Shown here: piece by piece, positions 57,853-63,666 of the stretch
Numbering within the stretch: the stretch's first letter is position 1
Layout: the number at the start of each line of letters is the position of its first letter
IMG/VR virus record: IMGVR_UViG_3300044814_000016
Span: 1 to 63,666 of that record
Origin: a virus
Lineage: Duplodnaviria; Caudoviricetes
Reading direction: 5' to 3' (one strand)
DNA: 63,666 nucleotides
Notes under the pieces: generated by a model
What the model was told of the DNA's origin: nothing
Databases searched by the model: none
What the model saw: only the letters and a program-made list of their open reading frames with translations
Program-made: the position numbers and the translations under genes

Positions 57853-58189
57853 GCCGGGCACACCGGTCACACCCGAGCAGATGATCATCCGCGAGCTGGT
57901 CTGGGCGCAGATCACCGACAAGCCGGAATCGCTCGACATGGGCGACTGGGAGCGCCCGTCCGAGGGACTGCTGGACTCGGACAAGTGCGAGACGACGCGC
58001 TGCCTCGGCGGGTGGGCGCAGTGGTTCTACCGGGGCTACGTCGACCTCGCGACAACCGAGGAGGACGCGGTTGAGGCGATGGGCCTGAGCTGGGAGGAGT
58101 ATTACCCGCCCTCACTCGGGGTGCGGCTGTTCTACTGTCACGAGGGTGAGGCCGTGGAGCAGATGCGCAGGCTGGCGCGCGCCGGGTGA
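57839..58189 (+). CDS. Hypothetical protein, CxTxxCLGGWA-type paralog B
   Basis: PESLDMGDW...CETTRCLGGWA. Confidence 0.7.
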   Translation: MRFRKPGTPVTPEQMIIRELVWAQITDKPESLDMGDWERPSEGLLDSDKCETTRCLGGWAQWFYRGYVDLATTEEDAVEAMGLSWEEYYPPSLGVRLFYCHEGEAVEQMRRLARAG

Positions 58190-58500
58190 GGGACCTGATG
58201 GCGACGCCGAATCGCGTCAAGATGCTCGCGAAGCGGATGGGCTTCGACGTGGCCCCCGCGTCCGGGCTGCTCGGCACCGAGACAAGCGGCTGGTACGTCA
58301 TCCGCGCCAGCAAGACGGCAGCCCCGGTCGAGGTGTACTTCCGTCGTGCGAGCGGCGAGTCGGCGTGGCTCTGGAGCTGGGCGTGCCACCGTGTCCACTG
58401 GAGTGACCCGATCGCGAAGAACAACGGCGGCCAGCCTGAGCTGGCCACGTTCACCGCGTGGCGCGCGTACATGTCGCTGCTCGCCACGGTCATCGCGTAG
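58186..58500 (+). CDS. Hypothetical protein, last gene of the early arm
   Basis: 104 aa, GTGA overlap, ends at terminator. Confidence 0.6.
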   Translation: MRDLMATPNRVKMLAKRMGFDVAPASGLLGTETSGWYVIRASKTAAPVEVYFRRASGESAWLWSWACHRVHWSDPIAKNNGGQPELATFTAWRAYMSLLATVIA

Positions 58501-58545
58501 AAAAGCTGCGGCCCCCGTCTCGCACCTGCCCGAGACGGGGGCCGC
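58501..58545. terminator. Terminator between convergent arms
   Basis: gcggcccccgtctcg-N8-cgagacgggggccgc; AAAA to the left gives a minus-strand U tail. Confidence 0.8.
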
Positions 58546-58557
58546 GCCATGTGGTGA

Positions 58558-60498
58558 TCAGGCGTGCTGGACGACTACCGCTGCTGCCCCCCACCAGTCG
58601 TTGGTGAGCTGCCACGATGACGTTTGCGCTGAGCCGGTTGCGGGTGCGATGCCTCCTGCGGTGTTGCCCGCCCCGGTGTTGTTGTCTTGAAGTTCGCCGA
58701 ACTTCTGGACGAGTGGTGACACCACTGCGCCGATCTGGGACCCGTTGGCTACGAATTCGCCCATCAGGTCACTGGAGCTGGACGCGGTGTTACTCACTGA
58801 GCTGAGTGCGCTTGAGCCCCAGTTGATCGCGTGCGCGCCGAACGGGGTTACCTGGTTGACTCCGGTGAATGACTCGCTGCCGCCGGTCATCTCCTGTACG
58901 GTCCCGGTGCATCCGGTGACGGTCGCGGTGATCGTGTTGGTTCCGGTGGGCGGGTTGACCAAGCCCCAGACGGTGAGTGCGCCGGCACGCTGGTTGTCGT
59001 CGTGCACGGCGGTGATCTCCGACATGGACGTTGTGCCGTCCTTGACTACCGGGGCGCACCCCGCGTCGTTGTTATCTCCCACCGTAAAATCTACGACGAT
59101 CGCACGGTTAGACCCGGAGACGACTTGCGTCCAGGTGAGCGCAGACGAGCCTGCGTGCTTCGCACCGCCCGCTGAGTCGTATGCGACCACTGACCCGGTG
59201 GAGCTGGTGGTGAACTGCTGGTCTGCGCCAAGAGTCGTACCGCCGCTGTTCGTCGCCTCCAGGCGGAAGTGATACGTCGTACTAGCGGTGAGCCCGGTGA
59301 GCCCGGCGCTCTCGTTCACGGCTGTGGTGCCCGACCCCGCGTCACCCGCAGTCGTCGAGCTGCCGTAGCTGGTGGTGGTGCCGTAGTCGAACTTGTAAGA
59401 GGCGTCTGCCCCGTTCGGGTTGACGCTGCCGTTGAGCGTCGCCGCAGAGGTGGTTACCCCGGTCGCTGCGCTCGTTGTCACGGCCGGCGCTGACTGCGTG
59501 CCGCCCGTCGAGCCGCTAGGCAGCCCGGTTGCGTGGAAGCTGCCCCACACCGGGGCTGGCTGCGAGTAGTCCGTCTGGTACGAGCCGAACGCGAACTTGC
59601 CCGTGTTCATGTACGTGTTCAGCGTCGAGAGGTCCGACGCCTGGTCGTACATGACCGCGTTGCCCTGCGCCGCGTCCCCGGAGGCGGTAGCCCACTGGCC
59701 GACTGCGTAGTCAGCCCAGAACGCGACCTCACCGGACGCGTGGTGCTCGACGTAGCCGCCGTCCACTTCCGCGTTGCCGTTGGCCGCGAGGTTCGGGTAG
59801 CCGCCGCCGCTGCTGGCGATCGTTCCCTTTTCCCACGTCCCGTTCACCATGGTCATGAGCCCGTGCTCAACAGCTACGTCATGGAGCGTCTGCGCGAGCC
59901 CTGCCGCGCCGTCGTACCATGCCTGCTGGTTCGCAGAGCCGAACGATGACCAGTTGATGCCGGGGTACCAGCTCTTGGAGCCGAGGTCGTCGGCGAAGAT
60001 CCCGCCGATGTGCGGGTTAGCCGCGACCATCGCCTCAAGGACACACCGGAACTTCGTCTGCTCCAGGCCGCCGCCGCCGTCCGCCGTGGTGCGGAAGTCC
60101 GCGAGGTTGTACCCGGTGCCGCTGTTGAATGACCCCCACTGCGGGATCGCCGCCCCGCACGACGACGACTGCCACAGCATGTCACCGTACGTGCCCGAGT
60201 TCGGCTGGATGACCATCGGGTCGATGTACGCGAGTACCGTCGCCCCGGCCGTCTCCGCGTTCTGCATGTTGGCTGACGGGAGCTGGCTCTGCCCGGCGAT
60301 GATCAGCGCGCCCTGGTGCTGATAGGGGATGGCATTCGAGCCGTTACCCGAAGGCGGCTGGTAGTCGGTGATCGCCGGTTGACCCGGCTGGAGGGTGATG
60401 GTGCTCGCGTGCGCTGCCGTGCCGCCTGCTGCGGCGGCCCCGCATGACGCGGCGAGGACCACGGCGGCTGCCGCAGCGCATTTCTTCAGGCGTCTCAT
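58558..60498 (-). CDS. Secreted multidomain protein: putative TIM-barrel glycoside hydrolase, FN3 domain and C-terminal beta domain
   Basis: Signal peptide ending AHA-S; VLAYID...GGIFADD...MVNG...VDGGYVE; FN3 (ATLNGSVNPNG...LTGLTASTTYHFRL); AGGAGG RBS and TACGAT -10. Confidence 0.7.
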   Translation of the reverse strand: MRRLKKCAAAAAVVLAASCGAAAAGGTAAHASTITLQPGQPAITDYQPPSGNGSNAIPYQHQGALIIAGQSQLPSANMQNAETAGATVLAYIDPMVIQPNSGTYGDMLWQSSSCGAAIPQWGSFNSGTGYNLADFRTTADGGGGLEQTKFRCVLEAMVAANPHIGGIFADDLGSKSWYPGINWSSFGSANQQAWYDGAAGLAQTLHDVAVEHGLMTMVNGTWEKGTIASSGGGYPNLAANGNAEVDGGYVEHHASGEVAFWADYAVGQWATASGDAAQGNAVMYDQASDLSTLNTYMNTGKFAFGSYQTDYSQPAPVWGSFHATGLPSGSTGGTQSAPAVTTSAATGVTTSAATLNGSVNPNGADASYKFDYGTTTSYGSSTTAGDAGSGTTAVNESAGLTGLTASTTYHFRLEATNSGGTTLGADQQFTTSSTGSVVAYDSAGGAKHAGSSALTWTQVVSGSNRAIVVDFTVGDNNDAGCAPVVKDGTTSMSEITAVHDDNQRAGALTVWGLVNPPTGTNTITATVTGCTGTVQEMTGGSESFTGVNQVTPFGAHAINWGSSALSSVSNTASSSSDLMGEFVANGSQIGAVVSPLVQKFGELQDNNTGAGNTAGGIAPATGSAQTSSWQLTNDWWGAAAVVVQHA

Positions 60499-60736
60499 GC
60501 TGCCTCCTAGTCTTCGGTCTGCCGATCGTACGCCTGTCGCCGCCGCACCCTCGCAGCGTCCTCCTCTCACTAGTGGGGCGTGGACGCGCGGAGAGCAACG
60601 CTAACGGGATTAAGGGAGCTGCTGAGTGTCATCAGTCGCGATCGCGCCACCGGGGATTCTGGGGCCGAAACAGCTAGCCCGCTGGTTTAGACGAAACGGA
60701 GCCTGAGCCAGCAGCCAGCGGTGGGACACTGATCGT

Positions 60737-61276
60737 ATGGACACCAACATCACAGCGCCCCAGCACCTCCCTGCGGACTTCCAGCTAGTACGCACGGGCG
60801 GTGCAGGCGGCAAGGTCATCAGGCTCCTGCAGTGGGCCAACGGCGACGGCTTCGCAGATTACGAGCACGTCCGCCTCTACCTCGGCCCCGGCCTCCACTC
60901 AGGCGCAGGGTGGGGATCGTTCTTCGAGGAGCAGCCCGGCGGCGCGGTCATCGCAGACCACCAGCTCGACGGCGACGGCCTGTTCTGGTCAACCGGGCGC
61001 ATCACCCTCACTCACGAGCAGCGCGTCAAGATCTGCGCCGCCGCCCGCAAGTACGCGGCAGCGAAAACCGGGTACTCAGACCTCGACTACGCCGCCCTAG
61101 CCGCGAAACGGCTGAACATCCCGGCCCCCGGCCTCGACGCCTACATCAGGGCAACGGGCCACATGATCTGCTCTCAGGCGATCTGCCGCTGCTACTGGGA
61201 CGGCGACGCGCCCCTGTACGACGACTGGACCGGCGACGAAACCCCCGCCGACCTGTACAACAGGATCACGCGGTGA
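60737..61276 (+). CDS. Permuted papain-like (YiiX/YaeF-type NlpC/P60) enzyme
   Basis: His before Cys: YEHVRLYLG...GYS.LDY...MICSQ....Y...TPADL. Confidence 0.75.
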   Translation: MDTNITAPQHLPADFQLVRTGGAGGKVIRLLQWANGDGFADYEHVRLYLGPGLHSGAGWGSFFEEQPGGAVIADHQLDGDGLFWSTGRITLTHEQRVKICAAARKYAAAKTGYSDLDYAALAAKRLNIPAPGLDAYIRATGHMICSQAICRCYWDGDAPLYDDWTGDETPADLYNRITR

Positions 61277-61725
61277 CGATCATCCCGGCGCACCTGCAAC
61301 AGGCGACCAACCGCTACATCATCAACTACCCGGCGCACGGGCCGCGCGAGTCTGACCCTTACTACGCCGACTTCCACGCCTACAAGGCGCTCAGGCGCAA
61401 GGCCGGCACGTACACGTGTGACTTTGCCGTTGAGCACCGGCAGGGCGACACCAGCGAATGCGACCTGGTCAGCCCGCTGGAGTGCCATCACCGGCATATT
61501 GAGTTCGCCATGATGAACGGCGTTGACCTCACGCTGCTTGAACCCGACTACCCCGGCGTGAGCGCCATGGGCATCGGCAAGTGGGTTGAGAGCGCCGCGA
61601 ACCTCATGCTGCTGTGCGTCGTCCATCACCGCACCGACAACGGCGTCCACAAGGTGAGCTACGCCGACTACGGCAGCAGCTTCTACATCCGCCGCCTGTT
61701 CAGAGCCGCTGCGCGTCCCGCGTGA
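61273..61725 (+). CDS. HNH-like His/Cys protein
   Basis: YPAHGPR...LECHHRHIE...NLMLLCVVHHR...GVH; GTGA-coupled start. Confidence 0.65.
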   Translation: MTIIPAHLQQATNRYIINYPAHGPRESDPYYADFHAYKALRRKAGTYTCDFAVEHRQGDTSECDLVSPLECHHRHIEFAMMNGVDLTLLEPDYPGVSAMGIGKWVESAANLMLLCVVHHRTDNGVHKVSYADYGSSFYIRRLFRAAARPA

Positions 61726-61981
61726 GCTGGCGGCCCCACGCGTCCGCCTCAAGCTTGTCGAGGAACACCGTCAGGGTGGTCGACGCCGTGCGGATCGTCG
61801 CCGTGAGTTTCTGCTCGCCTGTCTCGGTCGTGGTGATGCCCGTCGTGAGGACGCTCGTCACCGGGGCGAGCAGGTGATTGGACATGTCCGCCGGGGCGTA
61901 GTCCCTGACCGGCGGGATGATCACCCCGTCAGGCAAACGGTGATCCGGCGGGTCACCGTGGAACGGTGGCTTGGCCCTCAC
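61700..61981 (-). CDS. Hypothetical protein, paralog of 28412..28735
   Basis: ATIRTASTTLTVFLD..EA..W. Confidence 0.65.
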   Translation of the reverse strand: MRAKPPFHGDPPDHRLPDGVIIPPVRDYAPADMSNHLLAPVTSVLTTGITTTETGEQKLTATIRTASTTLTVFLDKLEADAWGRQLTRDAQRL

Positions 61982-61985
61982 CGGG

Positions 61986-62351
61986 TCAGATACCGCCCTC
62001 GTGCGTTGTGATCACCGGAGGCTCCGGTGCCGTCTCCGTCGCCGTGGCCGCCGGGGGGAAGGGGCCGGGCGTGAGTGTCACCTGCGCCCTGACCGGGATG
62101 ACAAGCGGCCCGACGTAAGTCGGCTGCTTCGCGACGCCGAGCAGCCACCCGAACGCGGGCCACCGGCTCTCCAGGTACCGCGCCCCGGCATAGTAGACCG
62201 CGATGAACGCACCCGACAGGACCGGCGTCAGCGCAACCTCAGCGCTCGTGCTCACCGGCAGGCCCTTCGCGACCGCCCAGCCCGCGACCAGCCCGATCAG
62301 CGCCGGGGTGTACGTGCGGATCAGGGACACGATGTTGTTACTCAGGTTCAT
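61986..62351 (-). CDS. Holin
   Basis: SLIRTYTP..IG...YY...RYLE.RWP.FGWLLG....PTY, two TM helices, directly after lysin. Confidence 0.8.
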   Translation of the reverse strand: MNLSNNIVSLIRTYTPALIGLVAGWAVAKGLPVSTSAEVALTPVLSGAFIAVYYAGARYLESRWPAFGWLLGVAKQPTYVGPLVIPVRAQVTLTPGPFPPAATATETAPEPPVITTHEGGI

Positions 62352-62359
62352 GACCTCTC

Positions 62360-63484
62360 CTACGCCGTGGTGAACTCAGTCCACCCTGACCAGGTACCGG
62401 ACGACACCCGGAACCGGAACTTCGAGGCGGGCGCGACCGCCAGCGGAAGAGACGTCGCGCTCACCGTCTCCGTGACACTGAGCACCCAGCCGAACTTCGG
62501 CTTGTAATACTCAAGCTGCACCTCGTACGACGTGACGCCCTTCACAGCCGCCCAGGAGAGCGTCACCCTCGCGGCGGTCGACACGCTGACGCCCTTGAGC
62601 CCGGTCGGGGCAGGCGGCGGCACCGCCGGGGGCTTCGGCGGCGGCGTGATGATGACCGGCCCGGCGAGCTTGGTGAACGTCGCCTGGGTGCAGACGCCGG
62701 CCGCGACGCCGCGCTCACCGAAGAACGCCTGCGCGAGCGCGACCGCCCCGGCGGTGACCGGCCCGTAGTTTCCGTCCTTCGTGACCTGCGTCACCGGGAT
62801 ACCGAGCGCCGCAGCCCACTTGACCAGGTTCCCCTGGAGCTGCCACACGAGCCCGTTCGGCGCCGGGTCGATCATGCCCTGCTTGAGCGGGAACGTGAGC
62901 GCGGTCGCGTGACGCGGCCACTGCCCGAAGTCCGCGGCCATGCTCTCGTCCCAGTCGGCTGACTGCCCGGCGACGGTGACGCCGTTCTGCACCTGGCGTA
63001 GCTGCGCACGGGCGTCCCACTGCCCGCCTGACCAGGCGTACGTCTGCCATCCGTACGTGATCTTCCCGGCGTTGAACGCGCGGCTCAGCGGGTAGAAGCC
63101 GGCGTACAGCCCGACGCGCGCCTTGCCGATGACGCTGGCTGCCCCGTCGAGGTACGCGTTGATCGCCGCTTGCTGCGCCGCGCTCGCGTCGAAGTCCGCC
63201 GCGAAGTGGATCGGGTCACCCGTCATGCCGAGCGCCTTGACCTGCGCGTCGGCTGCCTGCGCGTCCGCGACCCCGGCCGCGAACCCGCTCAGCGCCCGGT
63301 TCGCGCTCGACTCCCACACCACCACGACCGCGAGACCCGCAGCGACCGCCGCGTTCTTCTCGGCTACCGTCAGGTTCTTGCTCGGGTCCGGGGACAGGTA
63401 CCGGGCGATGAACCCGACACCGAGTGACTTCAGGGTGCTCATGTTCGGCTTCGGGTTGGACCAGGCGTAATCGATCCCGCGCAT
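62360..63484 (-). CDS. Endolysin: DUF1906 (GH25-like) muramidase, peptidoglycan-binding and FN3-like domains
   Basis: GIDYAW...FIARYLS...KNLT..E...VVVWE...IHFAADFD...WQTYAWSGG; DGNYGPVT..AV...Q. Confidence 0.9.
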   Translation of the reverse strand: MRGIDYAWSNPKPNMSTLKSLGVGFIARYLSPDPSKNLTVAEKNAAVAAGLAVVVVWESSANRALSGFAAGVADAQAADAQVKALGMTGDPIHFAADFDASAAQQAAINAYLDGAASVIGKARVGLYAGFYPLSRAFNAGKITYGWQTYAWSGGQWDARAQLRQVQNGVTVAGQSADWDESMAADFGQWPRHATALTFPLKQGMIDPAPNGLVWQLQGNLVKWAAALGIPVTQVTKDGNYGPVTAGAVALAQAFFGERGVAAGVCTQATFTKLAGPVIITPPPKPPAVPPPAPTGLKGVSVSTAARVTLSWAAVKGVTSYEVQLEYYKPKFGWVLSVTETVSATSLPLAVAPASKFRFRVSSGTWSGWTEFTTA

Positions 63485-63539
63485 GCATGACTCCTTTTGG
63501 TTGACCGCCCCCAGTGTGCCACACCCGCCTAGTGATGCA

Positions 63540-63666
63540 CGATCAGCGTGATGGCAATGTTCACGACGATCACCACGACGCTGACGACCACCCCGAGGAT
63601 CACCAGGCGCGTGTTCATGCTGTCACGCTGCTCCGCGCGCTCCGCCGTCACCGCCGCCGTCCCGCC
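63540..63666. repeat. Terminal direct repeat copy 2 (identical to 1-127)
   Basis: Exact match to window start. Confidence 0.95.

Noticed and set aside
60600-60736. Hammerhead ribozyme or riboswitch (CTGATGA on minus, GAAAC on plus)
   Set aside because: The core motifs lie on opposite strands and the required stems are missing
63540-63666. 127-bp terminal repeat as a biological direct terminal repeat
   Set aside because: The length matches an assembler k-mer and it falls mid-gene; best read as a circular overlap

Overview
This window is an apparently complete, circularly assembled ~63.5 kb high-GC siphovirus genome; gene content suggests an actinobacterial host. Bases 1-127 repeat exactly at 63540-63666, so the unique length is 63539 bp. 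A long minus-strand arm runs from a replication module (initiator with iterons, helicase, RusA) through a ParB-like plus TAGT/GREB1-like glycosyltransferase pair, many small genes and a TerS. It continues through an accessory beta-rich structural module with two GT-A glycosyltransferases, TerL, a secreted GH16, a portal-MuF fusion, Mu-type protease/scaffold, capsid, tail and lysis genes. A plus-strand early arm (45.4-58.5 kb) carries YqaJ/Bet recombination, HTH, HNH and many small genes, preceded by a recurring promoter/operator motif. No integrase, clear repressor, CRISPR array or reverse transcriptase was seen. The most notable feature is the carbohydrate-active content: a candidate glycosylated virion-appendage module, a DNA-glycosyltransferase-like gene with no visible hydroxylase partner, and two signal-peptide glycoside hydrolases. 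A tRNA-like element with a 6-nt anticodon loop and a hairpin-dense intergenic region also stand out. All family calls come from motif recognition by eye, not database searches.
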